Shown in pieces: positions 21,138 to 32,519 of a DNA stretch of 64,000 bases. The notes under the pieces are model-generated. The model searched no databases. It was not told the DNA's origin and worked only from the letters and a program-made list of their open reading frames with translations. The stretch lies in contig OZ219791.1 in the NCBI GenBank assembly GCA_964291215.2, positions 2,144,001-2,208,000 of the forward strand, given 5' to 3'. Position numbers and translations under genes: made by a program. How positions within the stretch are numbered: position 1 is the stretch's first letter; every line of letters starts with the position of its first letter. Source of the stretch: Alphaproteobacteria bacterium. GTDB taxonomy: Bacteria; Pseudomonadota; Alphaproteobacteria; MPNO01; UBA830.

Positions 21138-22358
21138 ATGGATATCAGCGTTGAGCAGCTTCGCGAAATACCGATCAAGGAGATCACCACTGCAACCGAC
21201 ACCCGAGACATTCTTGCTCATTGCCGTGCACAGGGCGAATCGCTCAGCTTCGAGGACATTGTCATCATCGACACCGATGCCCACCACATGGAAATCGAAT
21301 CGTGGGCCGACATCTGCGCCTATATTGAGGACGAGGTGGTACGGGCCCAGGCTCTCGACCATCTCCGGAACCGCACCGGATCGCCGCCTTACGGGCTGAA
21401 CGGCGACCACGCGTTGCGCTACCAGGATTGCGGAGGCCGCATACCCCATCAGGCCAAGCTCGGCGAAACGGTTGGAAACTCTCCGGTCCACCGCGACGTT
21501 ACCCTCGTCCGTCGCGCCATCGACTCATTCCATCTCGACTACATGGTGGTCTTTCCGACACCCATGCTTAATCTCGGGATGCATCCCCAGTACGATATGG
21601 AGGCTATTCTGGGCCGCGCCTATGACAGGTGGTTCTGCGAGAATATCCTACCCGTGGATCAGCGGATGAAGACGCTGCTGTACCTTCCATTCGGTGATTC
21701 GCAGGCGTCCCTGAGGACGGTAGAGGATCTCGGGGACCACCCGGATGTCGTTGGCTTCATGGTCACGTCGGTCCGTCACAAGCCAGTGCAGCACAACGAC
21801 TACATGAAGCTCTACCGGGCGATTGAGCAGACCGGCAAGCCGCTTGCCTTCCATGCCGGCTACAACTGGCAGGATCCGTCGATGCTCCAGATCAACCGGT
21901 TCGGCACCATGCACGCGCTGTCCTTCGTCTGGTGCAACGTCGTCCACATGAGCAACTGGGTCATGAACGGGCTTCCCGAACGTTTTCCGGGTCTTGACGT
22001 GATCTGGATCGAGTCGGGGTTGGCTTGGGTGCCGTGGCTCATGCAGCGCCTCGATCACACCTACCTTATGCGGTCTTCCGAGGCCCCGCTCCTGAAGCGG
22101 TTGCCGAGCGAGTATATGCGCGAGATGTATTTCACATGCCAGCCGATGGAGACCGATCATCCCGAGGCGCTGAAGGTGACCCTCGACATGATCAATGCGA
22201 AGGACCAGCTGCTCTATTCCTCGGACTGGCCGCACTGGGACTTCGACACGCCAAGCGTCATCTGGAATCTGCCAATGCTCGATGAGCAGGCGAAGAAGAA
22301 CATCCTGGGCGAGAATGCGCTCAAGCTGTTCGGCCTCGACCGGCCGCCTGGCAAGTAG
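21138..22358 (+). CDS. Amidohydrolase_2 family protein
   Basis: IIDTDAH, LAFHAG, WIESG, YSSDWPHWDFD; GGAG RBS. Confidence 0.9.
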   Translation: MDISVEQLREIPIKEITTATDTRDILAHCRAQGESLSFEDIVIIDTDAHHMEIESWADICAYIEDEVVRAQALDHLRNRTGSPPYGLNGDHALRYQDCGGRIPHQAKLGETVGNSPVHRDVTLVRRAIDSFHLDYMVVFPTPMLNLGMHPQYDMEAILGRAYDRWFCENILPVDQRMKTLLYLPFGDSQASLRTVEDLGDHPDVVGFMVTSVRHKPVQHNDYMKLYRAIEQTGKPLAFHAGYNWQDPSMLQINRFGTMHALSFVWCNVVHMSNWVMNGLPERFPGLDVIWIESGLAWVPWLMQRLDHTYLMRSSEAPLLKRLPSEYMREMYFTCQPMETDHPEALKVTLDMINAKDQLLYSSDWPHWDFDTPSVIWNLPMLDEQAKKNILGENALKLFGLDRPPGK

Positions 22359-22416
22359 GCTGCAGGCGCCTGCGACGAGCGCGAAACCGGGGCAGGTGCC
22401 GCCGGTGCACGGGCCT

Positions 22417-23574
22417 TCAGCCGTACAGGTTGAGGACGTGACGCTGCAGGGCGTGCTTGAGGATTTCCTCGGGTCCTTCGGTGATCATGAAGGACCGGGC
22501 ATCGCGCCACAGTTTCTCGATCGGGAGGTCGGTCGTGAGTCCAAGCCCCCCGTGAATCTGCATGCAACGGTCGGTCGCCTCGAACGCCTTGCGGTCGCCG
22601 ATATATTTGCACATGTATGAATCCCAGCGGATATCCTCGCCAGCATCATGCTTGGCTGCCGCGTTGTAGATCATCAGGCGGACCATGTGCATGTCGGCGT
22701 AGGTGTCTACCAGCATCCACTGGACAGCCTGTCGTTCTGCCAGCGGCTTTCCGAATGTCACCCGGTCACGGGCATAGGATGCGCCGAGTTCCAGGCATCG
22801 TTCCATGGTACCGACGCTGATTGCGCCGTGGCGGATGCGGCCCATAGTGATCCACGTCTGGGCCATGCGGAAGCCGTCGCCTTCCTTGCCGACGAGGTTC
22901 TCGACCGGGACGCGGATGTCGTCGAACGCCATCTCGCAGGGCTGATCGTCCATCATCGTCATCTGCTTGCGGAGAATCCTGATGCCCGGCGTGTCGGCGT
23001 CGACAAGGATGCAGGAAATGCCGCCGCGGGTGCCCTTTTCGGGATCGGTGACACAGATAACCTGGAAGAAATCCGCCTCGTCGGCGCCGGTGATGAAGCG
23101 CTTGGTGCCGTTGATCACATATTCATCGCCGTCCCGGACAGCCGTCGTCTTCATTCCTGACGGATCGCCGCCCGCGTCGGGTTCGGTCTGGGCGAAACCC
23201 GGCTTCTTTTCACCGTTGATGCAGGGCTTGAGGTAGCGCTCGATCTGGTTCTCGTTGGCGAACTCCGCCAGCAACGGACTGACGTCCGGTCCGAAGATCC
23301 ATTTCTTGCGACGGGGAAACGCGATGGTGCGTCCGGTTTCCTCCCAGATGATCGTGCGCGCCAACAGGCCCATGCCAAGCCCGCCGAGCGCCTCGGGCAC
23401 ATCGACGCCCCAGATTCCCAACTCCTGCGCTTTCGCTTCCAGCTTCTGGCGAATCTCGGGCACCATTTCGGGACCGTCATAGGCCTCGCGCTCGATGGGG
23501 ATGACTTCCGAGTCGATGAAACGCCGGAGCGTCTCCTTGAACATGCGCATTTCTTCCGGAAGTTCGAAGTCCAT
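22417..23574 (-). CDS. Acyl-CoA dehydrogenase
   Basis: FAQTEPDAGGD, INGTKRFIT, RVTFGKPL, QIHGGLG, ITEGPEE. Confidence 0.95.
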   Translation of the reverse strand: MDFELPEEMRMFKETLRRFIDSEVIPIEREAYDGPEMVPEIRQKLEAKAQELGIWGVDVPEALGGLGMGLLARTIIWEETGRTIAFPRRKKWIFGPDVSPLLAEFANENQIERYLKPCINGEKKPGFAQTEPDAGGDPSGMKTTAVRDGDEYVINGTKRFITGADEADFFQVICVTDPEKGTRGGISCILVDADTPGIRILRKQMTMMDDQPCEMAFDDIRVPVENLVGKEGDGFRMAQTWITMGRIRHGAISVGTMERCLELGASYARDRVTFGKPLAERQAVQWMLVDTYADMHMVRLMIYNAAAKHDAGEDIRWDSYMCKYIGDRKAFEATDRCMQIHGGLGLTTDLPIEKLWRDARSFMITEGPEEILKHALQRHVLNLYG

Positions 23575-23759
23575 CTGTCCCTGTCTCCGCGAGTTTTGTC
23601 CGATGTGCTCACGATACAGCAATGGTCGCGCTGGCGCAGCACGTGGTCCGCGGCGCTGTGCCGCGGCCTTTGCGGAAAAGGATGGCGGAATGGCTTTCCG
23701 GTTTCGCTGCTTATGCGCGGAGCTGTCTTCCGCTTGGTTCCGCGACTCCTGCGCTTCGG

Positions 23760-24209
23760 TCAGTCAGGTCGTGCCGCGTCATCAAGAAGCGGGTTGACGT
23801 GCCTAACTCCTGGAAAGCGCCCGAAGTCGTGATCGGCAGAAAAGACTGTCGCACCGTTTTCGATCGCCATGGCAGCGATGTGCGCATCGGACGTGAGGTT
23901 TCCGGCCGTACCCGTCATGCTTAGGAGGTTGTGTAGAATTGGCCAGTGCTGGTCTCCTGGTGAAACGGGACGGACGTAGGGCTGATCCAGCCAGTCTTCG
24001 ACAAATCCGGCCGCGTGGTCGCTCGATAGGGGCCGGGGGAATATGGCTGAATGGGTTGTGATCCGGAGAAAGGCCAACAGGGAAATCCATGGTAGCCCGA
24101 TGGACGAAGCGCCGGACAGGGTTTGTTGGAGCCAGTGCCGGGCCCGATCATGATGCACAGCGTTGAGGTTGACGGCATAGATTAGCAGATTGGCATCTAC
24201 GAGGATCAT
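23760..24209 (-). CDS. vapC: VapC PIN-domain toxin
   Basis: MILVDANLLIYA...DAHIAAMAIE...SADHDF. Confidence 0.92.
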   Translation of the reverse strand: MILVDANLLIYAVNLNAVHHDRARHWLQQTLSGASSIGLPWISLLAFLRITTHSAIFPRPLSSDHAAGFVEDWLDQPYVRPVSPGDQHWPILHNLLSMTGTAGNLTSDAHIAAMAIENGATVFSADHDFGRFPGVRHVNPLLDDAARPD

Positions 24210-24475
24210 TTTCTGAGAAGCAGCTTGCGGGTGAGCTCGCCATCTTCCAGCCGATCTGCGAGCGCCAGCGTCTTGTCGAGATCCTGACCACCGATCGGTT
24301 GGCCCATTGAAACAGGCTTCAGCCGGTAGGGTCTGGACATGTCGGCAATGCGCCCGGTCTCTATTCCGGCCCGCAGGGCGTCATTCACAACCGCCTTGAA
24401 GGACCTGCCCGACAGATGGGCGATGTCCCGGAGCTTCTTGGAAATGTCGTCATCGAGCGTCAACGTGGTTCGCAT
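24206..24475 (-). CDS. vapB: VapB ribbon-helix-helix antitoxin
   Basis: MRTTLTLDDD...SFKAVVNDALRAG; ATGA overlap with vapC. Confidence 0.88.
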   Translation of the reverse strand: MRTTLTLDDDISKKLRDIAHLSGRSFKAVVNDALRAGIETGRIADMSRPYRLKPVSMGQPIGGQDLDKTLALADRLEDGELTRKLLLRK

Positions 24476-24528
24476 CGTATGCTTCCTCTTCCGCCTAGAA
24501 ATAAACATCATATCATCACATTATATAA

Positions 24529-24713
24529 CATCAAGTCATCATCCAGGTTTGTGGATTGATCGGCGTGTCTCCAAGCCTTTGTCATGATCGTCACCGTTGT
24601 CTGCAAACATGCTGCTCATACTTTCGACAGAATCGGCCGCGCTTGCTGCAACAACGTAACCTGCATCGTCGATATCCCTGTCTGCCCTGTTGATAGTCAT
24701 CAAGTCATCATCC
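24529..24713. repeat. 16-bp direct repeat CATCAAGTCATCATCC (24529-24544 and 24698-24713) upstream of vapBC
   Basis: Exact match; the proximal copy lies next to a minus-strand TATAAT. Confidence 0.8.
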
Positions 24714-25111
24714 CCCCTCCGGACCGGGGTCGATTTCCATTCGGACTTGCGAAACAAGCTCAGATTGACCTCCAGAGTGCAGCACGTTCGTTTTCTCTCC
24801 GCAGGGACAGTGTGGATGCGATGGCGGGTGCCGGTGGGAACCGCGCCCGGCATGCGTATTATCGGAGACCTGCGCATCGGGGCGGTTGCTGCTGCCGTGT
24901 GCGCAGTTCCGTCTGACAACGGAAGCGGAAAGGCCACGCGATCAAGCAATGCGTCCGATGAACGGTCGAAACGGGCGTCTGCATGCGGGCAGGGTTCGGC
25001 AACGCCGAGTGGCCACGCAAGGCAATGTTGCATGCTCTCGGCTTGGACCCGCTTCCGGAACCGCAGCGGCACCGACGAGGAGAGCTGTGCCGGAGTTACG
25101 ACTTGCGGGCG

Positions 25112-25191
25112 CACGGCGATCCCATGCTGATAATCCAGCGGCGACTGGCGAGATTTTTGGGTCTGCGTCGCGCTGCAATCGTGCCGCCAAG
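25112..25191. mobile_element. Truncated MITE-A copy
   Basis: CACGGCGATCCCATGCTG...GTGCCGCCAAG matches the first ~80 bp of 41518-41708. Confidence 0.85.
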
Positions 25192-25198
25192 ATTACCC

Positions 25199-25345
25199 AA
25201 CCGCGTCAGAGTGGCCGTTCTTGAAGTTGGTGGCACCGTCTCAAGGTCGGAACCGGCATATCGACAACGAAATCCGCTCCCGAATGGACCTCCAGATCTG
25301 CCTACAACGCCCCCTGGTCGGACGAAACCGGACAAAAGAAGAGCC
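25199..25345. repeat. Repeat B (~146 bp), copy 1; probable MITE
   Basis: Reverse complement of 32987-33132. Confidence 0.85.
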
Positions 25346-25562
25346 CTGCACGAAGGGGCATTTTTGCTCCAAAGGACCGGGAAGACTGCTATACTGGCAG
25401 TGTGCGCTCATTCGGGCGCGCCAATGATCTGTAAACGTGGTTGGCAACGGACCATGCCGGCTTACAGCCCCCAAGAATAAGGTCCTGCCAAGGTTGTCGG
25501 CTCGGTTGACGTGATGTGGCGGGCGGATCGGAGCAAGCACGCGATAACGGGAGACGCCAAGC

Positions 25563-26534
25563 ATGGGCATGCTGATTGACGGCAAGTGGATCGACGACGA
25601 CGCGAAGTACCGAACCGGGGAGGGCGGCGCGTTCGTGCGCGCCGAGTCGGTCTTTCGGAATTTTGTTACGGCCGACGGCTCGTCGGGCTATGGTGCCGAG
25701 CCCGGACGGTATCACTTGTTTCTGGCGCCGTCCTGTCCATGGGCGCACCGCACGCAGATCGTCCGCCGCCTCAAAGGGCTCGAGGACGTCATTTCGGTGA
25801 CGCTGTCGGACCGCCCCCGCAAGCGAAGCTGGGCCTATTCCCGGGGAATCGACGAACTCCAGCCAGGAGAAAACGGCGTGCTCGAACTGCATGACGTCTA
25901 TATCGCCGCCGATCCGGCCTGTACCGGGCGGGTGACGGTGCCGACTCTCTGGGACCGTCACAAGAAAACGATCGTCAACAACGAATCCTCCGAGATCGTC
26001 CGGATGCTCAATTCGGAATTCAACGAATGGGGGGATGCTTCGCTGGACCTCTATCCGAAGGCTCATCGCGCGGAGATCGACATGCTGAACGATCGGATCT
26101 ACACGACCGTCAACAACGGCGTTTATCGCTCCGGTTTTGCGAGAACGCAGGACGCCTACGAAAACGCCGTGTGCCCTATGTTCGAAACGCTGGATTTTCT
26201 CGAGGAGCGGCTCGCGGACAGGCGCTATCTCGTTGCCGATCGTGCCACGGAAGCGGACTGGCGCCTTTTCGTGACCCTGATTCGTTTTGATTTCGTGTAT
26301 TTCAGCCACTTCAAGTGCAACATCAGGCGAATTCAGGATTATCCCAATCTCTGGAACTACACCCTGGATCTGTACCAGACTCCCGGAGTTGCCGAGATCG
26401 TCGACATCGACGGAATAAAGAAGGGCTATTACGGTGATCAGGCCAATGTAAATCCGTCTGGAATCGTGCCTGTTGGGCCGACGATAGACCTTGTGCAGCC
26501 ACACGATCGCGAACGCTTCAGGGCTGCGGCCTGA
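25563..26534 (+). CDS. Glutathionyl-hydroquinone reductase (Xi-class GST, YqjG-like)
   Basis: SCPWAHRT, TVPTLWD, IVNNESSEI, NNGVYRSGFA. Confidence 0.93.
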   Translation: MGMLIDGKWIDDDAKYRTGEGGAFVRAESVFRNFVTADGSSGYGAEPGRYHLFLAPSCPWAHRTQIVRRLKGLEDVISVTLSDRPRKRSWAYSRGIDELQPGENGVLELHDVYIAADPACTGRVTVPTLWDRHKKTIVNNESSEIVRMLNSEFNEWGDASLDLYPKAHRAEIDMLNDRIYTTVNNGVYRSGFARTQDAYENAVCPMFETLDFLEERLADRRYLVADRATEADWRLFVTLIRFDFVYFSHFKCNIRRIQDYPNLWNYTLDLYQTPGVAEIVDIDGIKKGYYGDQANVNPSGIVPVGPTIDLVQPHDRERFRAAA

Positions 26535-26575
26535 CCGCGTCGGGATCCGGGCAAGCCGCGATCCCGCCCGGACGG

Positions 26576-27661
26576 TTACGGGCCCGGTCCTGGCCTGTCG
26601 AGGGCCACGGCCTTGACCATTGCGTAGACGGTGCGTCCGCGCTCAAGTCCGAGTTCGCGGACGGATTTCGCGGTGACGCGGGACCATAGCCGCGTCTTGC
26701 CGAGTTCGACCAGAACATCTGCCTGCGCTCCGTCCGTAGCTGCGATTTCGGCGATCCGGCCCTCGAAGACATTGAGAACGCTCACCTTCACGGGCTGCTC
26801 GAGAGCGAGACTGACGTCACGGGCCCGCACCCGGATCCTTGCCTGGGTACCGACCGCCATCCCGGTCGCGGGAATGCGGAACTGTCCGCCGGGAAAGGCC
26901 AGCGTAGCAAGGTTGTTCATATCGTCCTGGTCCGTGACCGTGGTGGCAATCACCGTTCCGGCATCGCCCTGTCCGACCACGCGAGCAAGTTCCGGCCGGT
27001 TCATCACCTTCTCGACCGTTCCCGAAGCCGTTACGTGGCCGTGTTCCAGCAGGACCATTGCTGTAGCGAGCTCCAGGATTTCCTCGACCGAATGGCTTAC
27101 ATAGATCGTCGGAATCTCGAATTGGCGATGAACGCGGTCGATGAACGGAATGATCTCCCGTTTGCGTTCGGCATCGAGAGACGCCAGCGGTTCGTCCATC
27201 AGCAGAAGGCGTGGCGACGTTAGGAGCGCCCGCCCGATCGCCACCCGCTGGCGCTCCCCGCCCGAAAGATCATGCGTTCTCCGTCCGAGGAGATGCCCGA
27301 TCCCGAGCACCTCCGTAACGGCATCCTCCGTTACGTTCGCCCGCCTTTCGCCCTGGCGGCGTCTTCCATAGTTCAGGTTGCGACGCACCGTCATGTGAGG
27401 AAACAGGCGGGCATCCTGAAAGATGTAACCGATGCGGCGCTGCTCGGGAGGTGTGGTGGTCCTGTCGGCGGTGTCGAAGAGGACCTTGCCGTCCAGCACG
27501 ATCCGACCCCTGTCCGGCGTGATCAGTCCCGCCAGCATCTGCACGATGCTGGTCTTGCCGGCGCCGGATTTTCCGAACAGCGCCGTGATGCCGGCGCCGG
27601 CTTCGAACCACGCTTCGACGGTGAAACTCCCAAGCGCCTTCCGGATGTCGATTTCAAGCAT
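26576..27661 (-). CDS. modC: Molybdate ABC transporter ATP-binding subunit
   Basis: GKSGAGKT, FQDARLFPH, LSGGERQ, C-terminal TOBE domain. Confidence 0.95.
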   Translation of the reverse strand: MLEIDIRKALGSFTVEAWFEAGAGITALFGKSGAGKTSIVQMLAGLITPDRGRIVLDGKVLFDTADRTTTPPEQRRIGYIFQDARLFPHMTVRRNLNYGRRRQGERRANVTEDAVTEVLGIGHLLGRRTHDLSGGERQRVAIGRALLTSPRLLLMDEPLASLDAERKREIIPFIDRVHRQFEIPTIYVSHSVEEILELATAMVLLEHGHVTASGTVEKVMNRPELARVVGQGDAGTVIATTVTDQDDMNNLATLAFPGGQFRIPATGMAVGTQARIRVRARDVSLALEQPVKVSVLNVFEGRIAEIAATDGAQADVLVELGKTRLWSRVTAKSVRELGLERGRTVYAMVKAVALDRPGPGP

Positions 27662-28355
27662 GGCTGCCTGCAATGCGCCGCCTGACGCGCCGTGCGACGA
27701 TCTCCGACACCAGGAGTGCCATGCAGGCCACCAGCACCGAGATCACCACCAGCCGCATGGCGCCGAATTCCTCTCCGGGGATCTGGGTGAGCCCGTAGAG
27801 GGTGACGGGAAGCGTCGTGGTCTCGCCGGGAATCGCCGAGACGAAGGTGATTGTGGCGCCGAACTCGCCCAGCGACCGGGCGAAGGCGAGGAGTGCACCG
27901 ACCACGATTCCGCTTCCGGACAATGGCAACGAAATGCTGAAGAACACGTCGACAGGTCCGGCGCCGAGGGTTCTTGCCGCCTGTTCGAGACGGCGATCGA
28001 CAGACTCTATCGATAGCTGGATGGCGCGCACCATCAGCGGAAACGCCATGACCCCTGCTGCCACCGCCGCGCCGCGCCACGAGAATCCGAACGTCAGCCC
28101 GAACGTGTCATTGAGCCAGGCTCCGATCAGCCCCTTGCGACCGAGAACGATCAGCAGGATGTAGCCGACCACGACCGGCGGCACGACCAGCGGCAGGTGA
28201 AGTATGGCGTTAGCTAGCGTCTTGCCCGGAAAATTGCAGCGGGCCATGACCCAGGCCACGGCGATTCCGAACGGAAGGCTGATGCCTACCGCCCACAGCG
28301 CGACCCGAAGGCTGAGGAGGATCGCTTCGGTTTCTGCGGGCGACAGCGACAACAT
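27654..28355 (-). CDS. modB: Molybdate ABC transporter permease
   Basis: LPLVVPPVVVGY, FARSLGEFGAT. Confidence 0.96.
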   Translation of the reverse strand: MLSLSPAETEAILLSLRVALWAVGISLPFGIAVAWVMARCNFPGKTLANAILHLPLVVPPVVVGYILLIVLGRKGLIGAWLNDTFGLTFGFSWRGAAVAAGVMAFPLMVRAIQLSIESVDRRLEQAARTLGAGPVDVFFSISLPLSGSGIVVGALLAFARSLGEFGATITFVSAIPGETTTLPVTLYGLTQIPGEEFGAMRLVVISVLVACMALLVSEIVARRVRRRIAGSHA

Positions 28356-28358
28356 GGC

Positions 28359-29114
28359 TCAGTCGACGAGAAATCCGTAGCGCCGGTAGATCCCTTTGGC
28401 CGAATCGGAGGCGAGGAATGCCATCACGTCAGCACCGGGGCCGTCGGCATCCGAGATCCTGACCGCCTGGTAGACGATAGGCTTGTGGCCGGCCGCGTCC
28501 AGCATGAAGAGAATCTTTGCCGATCTGCTCAGCTTCGCATCCGTGCGGTAGACGACAGCAAGTGCGGCCTCGCCGCGTTCGACCAGCGCCAGCGCAGCGC
28601 GGACGGTCTGGGTGCGGGCAATCTGCGGCGTCAGGGCATCCCAGATTCCAAGTGAGGCGAGCGCCTGTCGCGCATATTGCCCGGCTGGGGCGTGCCGTGG
28701 ATCGGCGATCGCCAGGCGCTCCGCATCGCCAAGGCGGGTAATCAGTCCGGCGCCGTTCTGTGGACCCGCGAAATCCGGCGAATCGCCGGGCGCTACGACG
28801 ACCAGCCGGTTGCGGAAGAGCGTCCGCCGTGTGTCGGCGGCTGCCAGCTTGCGTTCTGTCAGGTAGGAAACCCATTTGAGATTTGCCGAAATGAAGACAT
28901 CGGCTGGAGCGCCGTCCTCGATCTGGCGGGCAAGGCTGCCGCTCGATGCGAACACCGGCCGGAAGCGTTTGCCTGTCGAGCCGGCATAGGCTGCCGCGAG
29001 GTCGTTCACCACCTCGGCAGTACTTGCGGCGGCAAACACGACCGAGGCCGCTGCATGCGCGGGTGGCGCCATCCAGACTGTGGCGATGGCGATGGCAGCA
29101 ATGTTTCGAATCAT
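28359..29114 (-). CDS. modA: Molybdate-binding periplasmic protein
   Basis: Signal peptide, VFAAAS, ASSGSLARQI..GAPADVFISA, PAGQYA. Confidence 0.95.
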   Translation of the reverse strand: MIRNIAAIAIATVWMAPPAHAAASVVFAAASTAEVVNDLAAAYAGSTGKRFRPVFASSGSLARQIEDGAPADVFISANLKWVSYLTERKLAAADTRRTLFRNRLVVVAPGDSPDFAGPQNGAGLITRLGDAERLAIADPRHAPAGQYARQALASLGIWDALTPQIARTQTVRAALALVERGEAALAVVYRTDAKLSRSAKILFMLDAAGHKPIVYQAVRISDADGPGADVMAFLASDSAKGIYRRYGFLVD

Positions 29115-29180
29115 GAGCGGCGTTTCCCGTACCAGTATCTGATGCTTCCTCGAGGGCCCGGACGAAGGCCGCCCGCATGG

Positions 29181-30246
<1,066 letters not shown>

Positions 30247-30257
<11 letters not shown>

Positions 30258-31422
30258 CGTTCAGCCTTGCGAAGCCGTCGTTGAGGTCGGCAATGAGATC
30301 CTCCACATCCTCAAGCCCGGCATGTATCCGGATCAGTTGCCCGGGTCCGTGCCAGCTGGTTGCGGTCCGGTTCGGTGCCGGGTTGGTAGGGAGGATCAGG
30401 CTTTCGAAGCCGCCCCAGCTGGCCCCCATTGCAAAGAACTGCATGCCGTCGAGGAGGGCGGTGATCTGGCCGTCGCTGAAGCCTTCCTTGAGAACAAAGG
30501 AAAACAGTCCACTGGCTCCGGTGAAGTCACGCTTCCAGAGGTCGTGTCCGGGAAATTCCGGCAACGCGGGGTGGAGGACGCGGTCGACCTCCGGACGCGC
30601 CTGCAGCCATCGCGCGAGCACAATCCCGGTTTCCTGGTGGCGCTTGAGGCGAACCTTGATCGTCCGCAGGCCTCTGAGTGCCAGATAGATGTCGTCCGGC
30701 CCCGAATTGGCTCCGAGCACTGCTGCCGACGGGCGTACCCTGTCCCAGTGCTCCTCGTTGCTCGTAATCAGCCCCATCATGACATCCGAATGTCCGACGA
30801 TGTACTTGGTAGCTGCCATCGCGCACACATCGACGCCGTTTTCGAATGGCTTGAAATAGATGCCGGCGGACCATGTGTCATCCATGATCACGACACATCC
30901 GGCCTCGTGCGCAGCCGCCGAGATGGCCGGTATGTCTTGGATCTCGAAGGTCTGCGATCCCGGCGATTCCACGTATACGATCCGCGTGTTGTCGCGAATC
31001 AGGTCAGCGATGCCGGCGCCGGTCGCCGGGTCGTAATAGGTTGTCTCGACGCCGAAACGGCCGATGACATTGTCGCAGAAATTGCGCGCCGGGCCGTAGA
31101 CACTGTCGACCATCAGCACGTGGTCTCCCTGCTGGAGAAATGCGAGCATGGCGGCGTTGATGGCGGCAAGCCCGGAGGCAACTGCAACCGACCGGTATCC
31201 GCCGGAGACGGCGGCAAAAGCTTCCTCGAGCGCTTCATGGGTCGGCGTGCCGTGGCGCCCGTAGGTATAGATCCCGGGCTCCCAGCGGTGGTCGCGCCGA
31301 TAGCGCATCTCGGCCACCGAGCCCCATGCTATCGTCGAAGCCCGGTATACGGGCGGGTTGATGATGCCATGATTGGCAGCGGGATCACGCCCCTTGTGGA
31401 CGATTTTCGTGTCTTCTTTCAT
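30247..31422 (-). CDS. metC: Cystathionine beta-lyase
   Basis: INPPVYRAST, YGRHGTPT, ATKYIVGHSD, SWGGFESL. Confidence 0.93.
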
Positions 31423-31482
31423 GTCTCGGGTCGGTCCCTCGGGTCGCTCCGCGAAGTTTGATTCAGGATAGGCGCGCGGCCT

Positions 31483-32331
31483 TCAGGTTTCCACCGGCAT
31501 GTCGCTGCTGCCCCATTCCGTCCATGATCCGTCATAGACGGCAACATCCCCCTTGCCGAGAAGATGGAGGCCGAGGGCGAGAACGCAGGCGGTGACGCCT
31601 GAACCGCAACTCGTGATCACCGGAGCTCGCAGGTCGAGGCCCGATTCGGCGAATCTCGCTTCGAGCTCGGCGGCAGCGCGAAACGTTCCGGTATCGGGAT
31701 CGACCAAGGTGACCGACGGCAGGTTGAGGCTTCCGGGAATGTGGCCCGGTCGGCACTGTGGACGCGGCTCCGGTTCTGTGCCGGCAAAGCGCCCCGCCGA
31801 CCGGGCATCGAGCACCTGTTCGCTCCGGCTTTCGATGTTGCCGCGGATGTCCTGCATCGAACGGATCATCGTGGCGTCCAGCCTTGCCGTGTAGCGCGTT
31901 GCCGTGACCGTGGGCGTATCGGCGGCAACCGGGCGGTCTTCCGCCAGCCATTTCCGCATCCCGCCATCGAGCACAGATACGCGGCGGTGCCCGAAAGCGC
32001 GCAACGTCCACCAGACGCGCGGCGAGGTCTGCATGCCGGAATTGTCATAGACCACGACATGGTCGTCGTTGGAGATGCCCAGCCGTTCCACGTGATCGGC
32101 GAAGACAGCTTCGTTGGGGAGCATGTGTGGCAGCCTGGAATCCGGGTCGCAGATCGCGTCAATGTCCCAGAACACGGCGCCAGGGACATGGGCGTTCCGG
32201 TAATCGGCAATGCCCTCGCGGTCGACAGTCGGAAGGTACCAGGTTGAATCGACGACCCTGAGGTCGGAATCGGCAAGATGCTCGTGCAGCCAACCGGTGT
32301 CGACGAGCGCATTCGTGGCGGTGGAGTTCAT
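31483..32331 (-). CDS. sseA: 3-mercaptopyruvate sulfurtransferase
   Basis: Double rhodanese, CGSGVTA active site, YDGSWTEW. Confidence 0.93.
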   Translation of the reverse strand: MNSTATNALVDTGWLHEHLADSDLRVVDSTWYLPTVDREGIADYRNAHVPGAVFWDIDAICDPDSRLPHMLPNEAVFADHVERLGISNDDHVVVYDNSGMQTSPRVWWTLRAFGHRRVSVLDGGMRKWLAEDRPVAADTPTVTATRYTARLDATMIRSMQDIRGNIESRSEQVLDARSAGRFAGTEPEPRPQCRPGHIPGSLNLPSVTLVDPDTGTFRAAAELEARFAESGLDLRAPVITSCGSGVTACVLALGLHLLGKGDVAVYDGSWTEWGSSDMPVET

Positions 32332-32519
32332 GGCGGCAGGTTGCTCCTATAGAGTTTGGCTTTCGGACCGTGGCGCCGGGTGCGTGCTCTTCATGCTGTG
32401 CCGAAACGGGACCCCGCAGGTCGTGGGTTCTGCCGGCTTTCGGTCTGGCTCTCTCCGGATGCGGCAGGCACAGTGCCCGGAACGGCTTGGCGCGTCAGCG
32501 GGACTTTCCGAGCACGCGA

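Noticed and set aside
32340-32519. Possible further MITE upstream of sseA
   Set aside because: No TIRs, TSD or second copy found in the window.
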